A DNA stretch of 64,000 bases from Hemiscyllium ocellatum (Eukaryota). The translations under genes were made by a program, and so were the position numbers. Location: the NCBI RefSeq assembly GCF_020745735.1, contig NW_026867481.1, positions 289,291-353,290 on the forward strand. The letters run 5' to 3'. The stretch's first letter is position 1; every line of letters begins with the position of its first letter. Below are positions 38,788-49,835 of this stretch, piece by piece. The notes below the pieces were generated by a model. That model saw nothing but the letters and a program-made list of their open reading frames with translations. It was not told the origin of the DNA and searched no databases.

Positions 38788-39859
38788 CTGTTATTGGTCT
38801 GCACAGTGGAACTGAACACGGAAGAACGCCTGTTTTTTTTTCATGGATTCGGGGAGCTTTGTACTAAATGTGCACAATGTTAGATTTTTGGATCCATAAT
38901 CCCGGGTAAATAGTCACACAGTGTAAGGACATGAATAAGTCCCATTTTGCTTCTGTCTGGTGCAGCCAATGACTAATACAGTGTGAAAGCTGAAAGATTG
39001 TCTGGAGATGGGGAGAAAGGCTGGACTGACATCATATAGAACGATCAATTTAATTTGCAGAAGCAGCCGTCCATGATCCGGAAGTGAAATCCTTTCCTGC
39101 ATTACTCTGGCATACGGGGGTCGGGTTGGAAAGTGTTCTGTGAATAGAGGCTGCCTTCCTCCGTGCACCCAGAGATATGATCTGGGAAGTTGGGTAATGT
39201 GGTTTCATTGATGCTGATCTATGAGCTTGAAATGTTGGCCCTGGACAGTAGAAATTTTTCACATTCTGGAAACCTCCATTCATTGCATTCCATTCTAGTA
39301 GGAAGACATGAATATTCACCTGAAATGATTCCCAGGATTTTGGTTCCATGTTGAATCAGAAGGAATGTTCCTCAGAGATAATCAATCGGAATCAGTCCAA
39401 TTTCTGAAAGTAAGATTCTGGTGTGAGATAACTCAACCAAATTGTCAAAATTCTGGAAAACTGTGCGGAAACATCTTGAACCCTTTACATCGGCTTTTAT
39501 TCTAGCTTATGGGTTTGACGGCTAGATTCAGCAACTCAGATTAATTCTATTGTTACAAAAGATCATGATTTGTCTGAAGTTTTCACAGTACATTTCATGT
39601 CTATTCTTAAGTCAGGAATATGTCTAACTTTACTTTTATATACTCAAATACTGGCTCATCGTGCCTTTTGGAAAAGAGAGTTGCAAAACCTCACAGCCAT
39701 CTGTAACAAAAGAAATCGTCTTTATCTCTGTATTAAATGTTCAAATCCGAATCATCAACCTTGGATTCGAGTTCAAAATTCTGCAAAAGGTTAGAACATT
39801 CTTTCCATGCTTACCCTGTCAGGACTCTCAAATGGGCTCGTTCTCTTCTCGCCTCAAAC

Positions 39860-40060
39860 AGGCAAGCCTCCTCTGTAAGGAAAGGCAGCCAGCATCTCAA
39901 AGATGCATTCCACCCTGGCAATGTTTTTGTGCAACCTCTACCATCGTAGAGAAGGTTACGAAAGTCTGAACATGTTCACCAGTCGGTTTCAAAATAGGTT
40001 CCACCGTCCTGTTTTTCAATACTGAATGGCCTCGCAAACTCTTAACATTCGCCTGTACCA
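39860..40060 (+). mobile_element. LINE RT C-terminal fragment (L2/Rex-like)
   Basis: KAASI...KDAFHPGNVFVQPLPS*RR...FTSRFQNRF, across frameshifts. Confidence 0.6.
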
Positions 40061-41029
40061 ATGCTTTTGTTTTTGCCGATGTTTACCTATTATTTACTTA
40101 TCGATGCGACTTAACTTTGTAATCAGCCCGTATTGCTCGCAAGACAAAACAGTTTACTGTGCCTTGGTTCACGTGACTATAAATTTAATTTATTTCAATT
40201 CAGTACAATTCTATGTTTCTTTTTTCCTTTAGATTCCATCGCAAGACTTCCCATTCACTGCATCATTGGCAAATAGAACGACATAAATTCGCCATTTGAA
40301 TATTCATCACGTTTATTTTTATGGCCTTTTTCTGATAGGGATGTTATAAATTCATTCCTTTAAAAGTGGCAATTTTTTTCCTGATAATAAACAAAGCACG
40401 TGATCAACGTGCTTTTTCCACTTTAACATGGCGTTGTTTCTTGTGATGGCTACCATTCGATTGTTTGAATGATGTCACAGTCCCATATTCCACAAGGATA
40501 AGATGAAATAAATGCACTTCTATTATTTTAATGGGCACACTTCTTATGAGTGAATTATCACTGTGTTATCGTAACTGAAAAAACCATTACAGAAGGTCAC
40601 TGAACATGCTATTGTTGTTGAAGTACTACATTATTATTATAGAAATATATTTGTAACATGGCATTGACCACTGTCCTGTGATGCACTTGTGCAGTATCAC
40701 AACAGTTAATATCAAGTTTCCTTGTGTTACTAATGGTTTCATTAAAGGTGAAGGACCTTCCTGCTATTTCTGTGTAAAGGTAAGCTATTGTGTTTTTTGA
40801 ATGTCATTCACTTTTAAAGTACATTCTGTACGATGCTACACATATGCAGCTGTGACATGTTTCCAATTCGGAATAAAATCTGTGGGCAAAAAGCAATAAG
40901 CATGTAAATATGAATTTTTTGCGTGTCATTCCCTATGAAATGTTAGAATAATTAACATAAGTATCTCATTGATGGAGAAGATCGAAACAAAATGACCAAC
41001 TGTACAGGATAGAATGAATTAATTTATTT

Positions 41030-41290
41030 GAACCTACGTTATTTGGCGCCAAGATAATGAAGTGGAACGTTCAGCTGCGAGGACGTTCTTTCTGAAATTG
41101 AGTCCTCCCTATCAGTTATTTCCATTCATTGGTCCTGGTGCACAAATATTAGCTGATTGTTAGCTAAGGAGGTCAGAGTGAGAATTGAGTCCCACTGAAC
41201 AGTCACACTCCAAATTCAGAGTAACACTTTTTGATATTCACTTTTATGGTTTGAGGATAAACTTGAACAAGTTGACCACCAACTTCACTA
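41030..41290 (-). pseudogene. Possible highly degenerate V relic
   Basis: GGQLVQVYPQTIKV...KSVTLNLEC...TFHFIIL gives a weak FR1/FR3 resemblance only. Confidence 0.3.
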
Positions 41291-42689
41291 ACAGCGAAAC
41301 TTGTTACAAACAGGTTTTGTAAGTAATCACTTTTGATTATCAGTCGGGTAGAAACTGTATTCTTGTTCGTTTCCAAACGTATGACTTTGATTTGTAACAT
41401 ACCAACTCAATATATTCCACGACATCGCACGGCATTCATTTTCTTAGTTACTCGATGCTGTTGAAATGATTTGATTTTATTTTAAATTCCTGGTTTCTGA
41501 CTTAAGGTTAATTCTCTTTGAATGCATTAATATTCGATTGACCTCATAAACATAATTTCATGGCAGAGTGATTATTTATGGAATAAGAGGTAAGTTATGA
41601 TTTAGATTCAGTATTAAATAAATGGCTCCAACACCAACGACTCCAAAATGGTCGGGGATTTTGTTTGGAGTTGAAACAGTAACGGATCTGTCCTCCATCA
41701 AACACACACAATATGTCTCTCTTCCTCTCTCTTTCTCTTTCTCTGACATTTACTTTCTTTGTCTCATCCTGAGTTTCTTATTGTATCAACTAATTAAACT
41801 ACGTGATTGAACTCCATGTTTCGAACTTTATTAGCGACAGCTGGTTTCCTTAGTTGTGGTGGTATCTTAGGCATGATCAATGTTCAATTGTTTTTGTCTT
41901 ATTTGTCTTCCATTCAGTTATCTATCGAGTAGATGCAAACAATTTCTGTTTTGCCTTAATTTCTCCAACTATTGACGTTTCGGCCTGGATAACTTTCTGC
42001 TTTTTTATTTGTTTCTGGGCCTTCCAACCAAGAAAATCGGAATGAAACATTGCATACAGTAATAATTGCATGTGTTAATGAACAACGTTCAACACAAAAA
42101 AAACCATGTGTTTCCTAATTTAAAATGCACATGATTTAATGAAGTAATATACTGATACATTGAGTTCCTCGTGGATATCTAAGCAGTAAAAGTTGATCAC
42201 TTTTAGAAACCCTTCATTATTTAAAAAATGCAATATGTTCTTTCTGAATCTCTGAGCTTTTCCTGATTTTGGCCATCAATCTTTCCAATTGCAAATAATT
42301 TTGCATGGTTTTGTCTAATGCGTCAAATTTAATCTTCAGAAAGACATGACCTTTTTTCTATTTAGTTTTCACATTGATTTTGGATTATTTTCCAATTTCT
42401 CAGCAAGAGTATATTTTCATATTACTTTGCCAATATGATCATCATAGTACCTCATTGTCTTTTACTTCACGTCGCCGATTAGGATTATGATGCATTTTGC
42501 TCTCTGTTGTGTGTTATTATATTGACTTGTACTCTTATTCCATTGACCTATTTGTATTCTAATTCAGGAATCATGGTATCCCTACTATTCAGAGAGAGAC
42601 CATTCAAAGCATTAACTTAGCTGGAATTCTTGGAAGACCAACTACCCAATTTCAGTAATACCACATTCACCAGAATTAACCCAACTTGC

Positions 42690-42895
42690 CAGACATTTTC
42701 TGGACACTATGAGATATTTTAGCATAGCCAATAAGACGAACCTGCATAACTTGAAACTCAGGGAGGAAAGTGGAGCACACGGAGGAAACGCACACGTACA
42801 TGGCAAGATTATACAAGCTCAACATAGGAAATCAACCGAGGATGGGTACCTGGTGCTGTGAAATACCATTCCTAGCCATTTTGTCACAGTGCCAG
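42690..42895 (-). mobile_element. HE1-type SINE, 5' part
   Basis: ggaggaaagtggagcacacggaggaaacgcacacg...ggtgctgtga...ttttgtcacagtgcc is the reverse complement of the SINE head and body. Confidence 0.65.
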
Positions 42896-43080
42896 CGTAA
42901 GTAGAACGCTTTTCCCGCCGGAATAACTGTCAGAATGCTACTTTGTAATTTCCAATTCAAAATCACGTCTCAAACATATCGACTTCCTACAAAATCTTTA
43001 GAATAGTCCTCGTTATCCGTTGATATCAGATTCTATTTCTCCTCAGGTTCTCCGTGCATGTGTATATGTCACTATGACAT

Positions 43081-43984
43081 TTAACCTGATGTGATCCTTT
43101 CCCAAAGAAAATGCGGTCTTTCTAGTTGCATTAGTTATTAACTGGTGTCCATAGAAGTGGTAGATCTCCTGGACGTGGTAACTGCTGTAATATTAAACCA
43201 CGTTGCTGGAATTTATTTCGCATCAAGTTTCTTGTTCATCACTCCATTGTGCAGTCTCCGTGATGCCACATCTACACAGTTATAAATTGCACAGGATGGT
43301 TTACCGTTAGGCTTATGTTTGATCGATTTGTTTCCATTTCTTGTCAGAAACTGAAAATTATATACAGCATGGAACAGACAGTGGCCCTGGTTATTGGATT
43401 CGTGACTGTACTCATCTGTATAAAAGGTGCCATTATTTTTTTTTTAATTGATGAATCTATCGACATAATTAAATAGTGTACCCTGATTCTGCAACGTAAA
43501 ATTAATACTTATATGTTCCCTGCATGGGCAGCTTTTGATTGGATTTGTGCCATTTTAACCCCTTTGTCTTTCTTTCTTTCATTCTGATTTTAAGGCTGAA
43601 TACTCAAATTGTCAGATATATTACAGTAGCCAATACAGCCAGCAGGACACTCTGAATTCAGAGCAGCAGAGAATATCAAAGTGATGCAGAGATGGAGAAA
43701 CGCAAAAAGACCATGGTTTTACTCTTCACCATCTCGGGCAGCTTCATCCTATTATATTCTTTATTTTTCATAGTTACGATGTATGTCCAAATTCTGAATG
43801 TGCGTTAATTCTCAGTTTTAAATTTAAGTCAGTTGACATTTATTGAGCAGGAAAGTGGATACCTGCTTCAGTTTATGAGTTCCTGAACAACCCATTCATT
43901 TATACAGCAGCGCAAAATAAATTCAGAGCCGTGTTAAAAAAATGGTTTGAAGCATCTACAGGGGATCCTTATGAAATTGTGTAA
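43081..43984 (+). pseudogene. GPCR exon-2 pseudogene (same subfamily as 61714-62615)
   Basis: VILSQRKCGLSSCISY*LVSIEVVDLL...VILNHVAGIYF...TPLCSL, frameshift, NCTGWFTVRLMFDRFVSISCQKLK...WICAILTP...DAEMEKRKKTMVLLFTISGSFILLY...GYLLQFMSS*...NPFIYTAAQNKFR. The acceptor reads AT instead of AG, with several stops and frameshifts. Confidence 0.92.
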
Positions 43985-44339
43985 GCTTTGAAAAAAAACC
44001 TAACATAAATTGATGTTAAATTGCAACTTTCGTCTTATTGACCGTCACACTGAGATATTCCTTTCAAAATCGCATGCTATCTTCGATCATTTCCCAAAAG
44101 ATGAATTTGGGAGTGCCGAAGGCATTGCCCTTTTGAACGACTGCACATTTATGATTTGAAACTGTCTTGAATTAGATTCCCGGTTTTCTACCCGTACAGG
44201 ACCTGGTCAAAGCATTTCTCAAATCTTCGAGGATGAAAATGTGATGTGCAGTAAGCACTAATGATCCTTGCAGATACTCGTCCTTTTCTTTAAATGATCG
44301 GTTTCTCTTTGGGCCTTCTTGGAGGGAAGATCAGGCTCA

Positions 44340-44550
44340 AACAGCGGCTGCGGGTCGAGAGTAATGTGTACTCCGCACCAGGTAAGAACGGGAAGTAGTA
44401 AAACAGATGGTGTTTCCAGCAATCAACAAATAATTAAGGTCTTCAGCAGATCCCTTAATTCTAGGTTTATTTTGTTGTAATGAAATTACGCCAACTGCCA
44501 TGGTGGAATTCGGACTTGGTCCCAGAATATTTGCTGGGCTTCTGAATTAT
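44340..44550. mobile_element. Shark SINE fragment (SacSINE1-like); related pieces at about 20270-20400, 25480-25660 and 45380-45480
   Basis: Shared motifs ccaggtaag / ccttacctggtctggcctacatg and ttaattc-agatt...ccaactgccatggtgg. The family name is from memory. Confidence 0.55.
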
Positions 44551-44556
44551 TATCGA

Positions 44557-44732
44557 GATTAGAGAGGAGCTGGAAAAGGACAGCATGTCAGGGAGTGTCC
44601 GAGGACCCGGATAACCGACGTTTCGGACAAAAGCCCTTCATCTGGAATGAAGGGCAATTTGCGCGAAACGTCGGTTATCCGGCTCCTCGGACGCTGCCTG
44701 TCCTGTTGTGCTTTTCCAGCAACACTCTAATC
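44557..44732. repeat. Imperfect palindrome (about 85-nt arms) carrying hammerhead-ribozyme-like cores; Penelope-like terminal repeat
   Basis: The left arm gattagag...gctggaaaag...ccgagga-ccggataaccgacgtttcg...gcccttcat is the reverse complement of the right arm atgaagggc...cgaaacgtcggttatccgg-tcctcgg...cttttccagc...ctctaatc. Confidence 0.85.
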
Positions 44733-47161
44733 TTGACTCTAATCTCCATTATCTGCAGTACCCATCTCCTTCTGGATTGGTAGTCTAGCGGTAATCCCAT
44801 TGAGCAATTGCCTCCTTCATTGTTAATTAGATGTATAATTGTATAGCCAGCACTTGTTTCCAAGTCTAATTTACTTTCCCAGTTTGGAGTTCTATTTGCA
44901 TTCATAGCTTGGATTGACTCGCCCACCGTCTATTGACGGATATTCGGACTCTCTTGAAGATATGTCAGAAGCGTCCAGACCTCCCAGAACTCAACTAATT
45001 CCTTGCACTTGTCGTGATCCTGCAAGTGAATTTGATTACCTTGTGGGTAAACTCTCTTGCGCCCAAACTTATTACACTCAACGGGAGGAGAAGCATCAGT
45101 GCACACACCACGGGGAAAAAATCCTTCACGATTCAATCAGAAGGAGGGAAGCAGCACACGGCGCCAGAGTAGGGGAAGGCGATTGTCAAGCAGCATTATC
45201 ACTAACTGCCAATCCAAAGACCCAGGGCACGTTTTGATGACCTTGAATCGTATCCAGCCATGTTCAAAGGAGAAATTTCAAATAAATACATATCTGGGAC
45301 TGAGAGTCGAACGATGAACTTAAATCAATTGCCTGCGAAAAGAAAAAAAATGTGTTCCTCTAATGCTTGGTAAGGAGCTAACTGCTATCCTTACCTGGTC
45401 TGGCCTACATGTTACTGCAGGCCAACAACAATGTGTTTGACTCTTACTTGCTTTGTGAGCAGGTATGGACGGGTAATAGATGCGGACCTTTGCAGAGATT
45501 CAATCATCCAATTAATAAAAGTAGAAGAAAACATATATGAGTGCCAAATCACACACAAGACTGAATTAGTGATTATGGAGGTGGTCAGATTTTACAAGAC
45601 GTCATAGAAAAGATTGCAACGCATTTGTAAAAGATTTAAACAAATCTTTAACATAAATCTTTAATCTTTAATAATATAAACACTTGTGCCAAAAGTCTAC
45701 AACAAGTAGAAGACAAGCATACGCCTAGCTACTCACCTTAGGCCTCACATAAATTTGAACCTCGAGTTTGATGTGAGTTATTCTTTTACTGAACTACTGT
45801 TTTCATTCTGAACTTTGCCTGTCACCATGAGAATTTAACTCTGAATTTTACACTTCACCATATTTAATATACCGCTTCCCTTCTCTTCCTATATCTCTGC
45901 CCTCATTGTGTCTGCAAAAGAGGGGAATTCATACCTGACAAATTTAAAGGAATTGTGGATGAGATGGAGATAGCAAAATTAAAAGGAAATGAGGAGGAAT
46001 AACATAGTTGAATTCCCAGATGACGTGTGATAAGTTTTTCATATATTACTGTACAAAGAGACGATCACGCTGCAGGTCACATATGATCGTTGGCAGAGGA
46101 CTGGAGAACGAACAGGATACCATTTATGGAATCAAGAACTTGCTTTAGTTTTGTTATTGATTGTTGGCACCACTAAATGAAGGTGTCAGTAAACATGGAC
46201 AGGAATTCCAGAAAATCAAAATGAGGCCCCTCAGATAAACAAGCCAGAAGAGATCGAAAAATAATGGTGTTGTGCAGAAGCAGAGATTCGCTAGCAGATT
46301 GTAGTATTGTATCATTTCACTTCAAAGACCAAACAATAGAGAGAAAGGTTATGGCACTTTAATTCGTTCAACCTCCAATCCAAGTGTTTGTCATTACATG
46401 CGGAGGCAAACATACAGCACACATGCATGCGTATATGCATGTGCACATGGACACACGTATAAGAAAACTGAAGAGAAACTTCGACAAAGAAAATCTCACA
46501 GTCTTCCCTCGGTGTATAAACAGTTACGGGATGATGAATGGGATTAGACTAGAATGGCATTTTTGGTCAGTTCAGACAAGTTCACTGAAGGATCTGCTTC
46601 CATGCTCCACGACGCTATTACGTCATAAATGAGGAATAGATATAAATAGAGACCAGCAAAATGGGATTATCACTTGGAATTTGGGGGCATGGCTAACGTG
46701 TAAAGTAAATACTTCTACATCTATCTTTACAATGATGAAATTTCTTTCTCAGCGACGGAAACAGAAGAGGAAATGTTTTCTTTTTACCGGAAGCGTTCAA
46801 AATAGAGAAGAACGAAGGGTTGGATAGAATTGTGACACATTTAATAAGGCACTGGGATCGAACAAGATGCATCCAAGGACAGTGAAGGAAATAAGGGGAG
46901 AAATTGTGGGGACACTGGCCGTAATCTTTCAGTCTACCATGGTTTTGAGGACATGCCAGAACTGTCGAAACGTTAACTTTGTTTCTTCTTCGACTACAGG
47001 TGCTCAACCCCACCCTCACCCCCAGTCTCTCCAGTATGTTCTGTTTTCATTTCTGAATAATTGTTTCTTTTCTTGTTGTAAAAACTCCATCTGGTTGACA
47101 CCAACTGGAATTTTCATCCTTTTTTTCTCTCCAGGGTTCTCTGCATCTCTACAGATTTGTG

Positions 47162-47470
47162 AACCCCATGGCACAGAGATGTATGTCCATACCAGGCATA
47201 TATCCGGCGATATTGAAATATCGTTATTTTACTTTGGGCAAATTATCAGATCACCATCCAATTAAAACTGGAAACTTCTCTTCATTCTCCATGGTCGACA
47301 TCTTTAGTTAATATTTTGGAGCTTCGCAATGATATCTGATTTACAAGAACATAGTTGGAGTGGATTAAGTTGTCAAATAACGGGAGTCCTGAATGTTGCA
47401 ATCTCGCTTCGAATCATTAATTTAAATTGATCTTTTGACATTGAATCTTTGCGATTCAATCCAGTAACAC
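47162..47470 (-). pseudogene. TCR V pseudogene
   Basis: DSMSKDQFKLMIRSEIATF, then in a shifted frame YLTT*STPTMFL*IRYHCEAPKY*LKMSTMENEEKF...YFNIAGYMPGMDIHLCAMG. It is followed by CACAAAT and a spacer start ctgtagagat, similar to the intact V (ctgcagacat). Confidence 0.6.
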
Positions 47471-48351
47471 AGTTACAACATGTTGCAAAAGTCGAACAAT
47501 AAATACAACGCCTGTAACGTGCAGTACATATTGAGAATATAATGCACGAGGCAACAACACAATCATATTCGGTGAAAGTCATAAGGAGCACATGGTGTCT
47601 GGTTTAGAGTTGAACAAGAAATTAAGAGAATATCATTCGATAATTATTCTAATCGAGATCAGTATCAGACATTGGTTAGGTAGAAGATAGGGTCTTCCCT
47701 TGAGGCATGATTGGCTGTCCTGACTGCGCTGATCATAGCTACATGACAATTATTGAGCGCCATTGTCATTATCTTCCTCCGATTGTTCCTCTGTATTTCG
47801 AAATATCCATTTTTCTCTGTGTCTTTTCCTGGATCTCTGTTGCTGTAGTGAAACGAGCTCCGCTTGAAATACGTCTGTAGTAAAATACATCGCAATGAAG
47901 ACTGGATAAATAATCTTGAAATGAACACAGTTTGACAGGTTTCACAAACACAAACCAAAGTACAACAGTCGATGGTGAGGAATCCATGTAGAATTTACGC
48001 TTTAGAACTGGATTAAAAGATGTTCCATCAATTAGTTTAACCCTATTGACAGAATACTGATCAAAGACCATTCAAACAGCACCCTGAAATTAAAATTGTT
48101 AAGCACTGACTGAGGATCTGAAGTAGACATGAAGTTAAAGATAAATAAACGGAAGAATTCATGTATTCTGAGACGATACAGAGAAAAACACAACGCATTT
48201 TATTCATCGTCGTGAGCATAAAGTCGTGCAAACACTGAATCTCATTTGGATCTCTGAGGTTCTTGATGTTTTACGAGATTTTTCAATCAGATGCCTTGTT
48301 TTACCATTTCTAAATATATTGTGGCGTTTGCATGTTGTTTACTTTCTTAAG

Positions 48352-48621
48352 CGGTTTTCTGTGAAGATCAGAGATCTCAAGATAATCAGATGATTGGCCT
48401 GGAAATTAAATGAATTGAACTTAATTGCAGGCTCTACATTAGTGCTAGGAGTATGGTGGCCTGGTATCGACAAATGTTATCAAAGGCTCCAGCATATACG
48501 AGGGTAATTAGAGCGCAGGCCATTACATGCTGTGGTTTGACCGCGTGAAAAAGTTCAACATCATCCCTATCGGTGATTCTGTGGTCGAGGAGGTCGGAAT
48601 GTATTACTGTGCAAAGGCAGA
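48352..48621 (+). pseudogene. TCR V pseudogene (family of the intact V), CDR2 region deleted
   Basis: TTTCTTAAG acceptor, then VFCEDQRSQDNQMIGLEIK*IELNCRLYISARSMVAWYRQMLSKAPAY, frameshift, FDRVKKFNIIPIGDSVVEEVGMYYCAKA. The RSS is degenerate (AATGGTG, 23 nt, GCAACATCT). Confidence 0.8.
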
Positions 48622-48873
48622 AATGGTGAGGGAAATTTCATTTCTGGCTGTGCAACATCTTGGCAATACGATGTCTCTCGTTTCCTTTCAACTCTTTCTG
48701 TACGATAATTTAAAAAAATAACAGTGATCCCAGTAACAATTACTCTCTGATGTTCAAACTTGCCAAGCAATTAACGTACAAAATGTTAATAACTGTTGCA
48801 ACAAATTGAATATCAGAAGTTTCTTCAAAAAATGTTCGCAGTTGGAAGACGCTTCAGATAAAGGAATAAGCCT

Positions 48874-49020
48874 NNNNNNNNNNNNNNNNNNNNNNNNNNN
48901 NNNNNNNNNNNNNNNNNNNNNNNNNNNNNNNNNNNNNNNNNNNNNNNNNNNNNNNNNNNNNNNNNNNNNNNNNNNNNNNNNNNNNNNNNNNNNNNNNNNN
49001 NNNNNNNNNNNNNNNNNNNN
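48874..49020. other. Assembly gap (N run)
   Basis: Run of n characters. Confidence 1.
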
Positions 49021-49076
49021 ACAGACAGACAGATCGATCGATTGATCGATCGATCGATCGATCGATAGATAGATCC

Positions 49077-49130
<54 letters not shown>
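49021..49130. repeat. Compound (GACA)/(GATC)/(GATA)n microsatellite
   Basis: acagacagacagatcgatcg...atagatagatagatag abuts the gap. Confidence 0.97.
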
Positions 49131-49229
49131 GAGTTCATCTACCTATCTATCATGGATGGATGATAGATAGGTAGATGAGTTCAAAGCAACATTCATATGA
49201 CACAAACACCAGCTTGTGAACATTTTCAA

Positions 49230-49364
49230 ACAAAAAAGCTTATGTGAAGATCATTCCCGCTGAGAACCAACGAGCAAAGTTCTGAGGTCTTCCATTCAAC
49301 AGAAACTGGTTCAACCATTTCAATGTCCTGGCTGTAAGGGTAGGTCTGCGTGAAAGAATCGCAC
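49230..49364 (-). pseudogene. Possible 5' V fragment
   Basis: cttcag acceptor, then DSFTQTYPYSQDIEMVEPVSVEW (FR1-like). It is truncated toward the microsatellite and gap. Confidence 0.35.
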
Positions 49365-49569
49365 CTGAAGTAACTCATCTCCTGACTCCCAAAGCCAGTC
49401 GACCATCCACAAGACACAATCAGGAGTATGCTAAATACCGTCCATTTTCCAAGAACGTGCACCTGCTACAACATCCAAGAAGCGTAAAACTATTCATGGC
49501 AAAGTGTTCTGTTAGCAGCTGTCAGAGAACAACAGGTTTTTGTTGAATCATGATAAATAATATCTTGCA

Positions 49570-49835
49570 GGTTGAGAGAGCAGGTCACAGACTGGAGACC
49601 CAGCCGTCACTGTTTGCACTCCATCAGCTCCTCATGCACCTGAGAGTCACCACACACGTCGTCAAGTTCAGTTTGCGGTATCTCCGCCCACAGTTTATAT
49701 TTCCTGCTCTATGTCTGTCTTCCTCTCATTATCTCTGAATAAATCATGTTCTTGGTGAGAATTCCGCCACTCGGGCAATCTTATTATTAGTTGGGTCAGC
49801 CACACCGTCAATTAAGGATCTGTCTTACTGCTCTG
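49570..49835 (+). pseudogene. Possible degenerate V relic
   Basis: cttgcag acceptor, then EQVT...AVTV...SCT, L(W>R)Y...PQFIF and gatctgtcttactgctctgagagag, resembling a deleted DSAVYYCALRE. Confidence 0.4.

Noticed and set aside
38802-38925. Two plus-strand CACAGTG heptamers near the NAR-type V
   Set aside because: Neither has a nonamer at 12 or 23 nt. Isolated heptamers are expected by chance in 64 kb.
40740-40790. Possible exon-1 relic of the 43081 GPCR pseudogene (…cctgctatttctgtgtaaag|gtaag)
   Set aside because: The donor is good, but the YYPxLAxxGxP motif is not recoverable without several edits.
48590-48625. YYCAKA ending suggested an Ig VH-like segment
   Set aside because: FR1 and FR2 align with the TCR V family of the intact 12115 gene, not with VH.
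49533-49570. Perfect GGTTTTTGT nonamer
   Set aside because: No CACTGTG-like heptamer 12 or 23 nt away.
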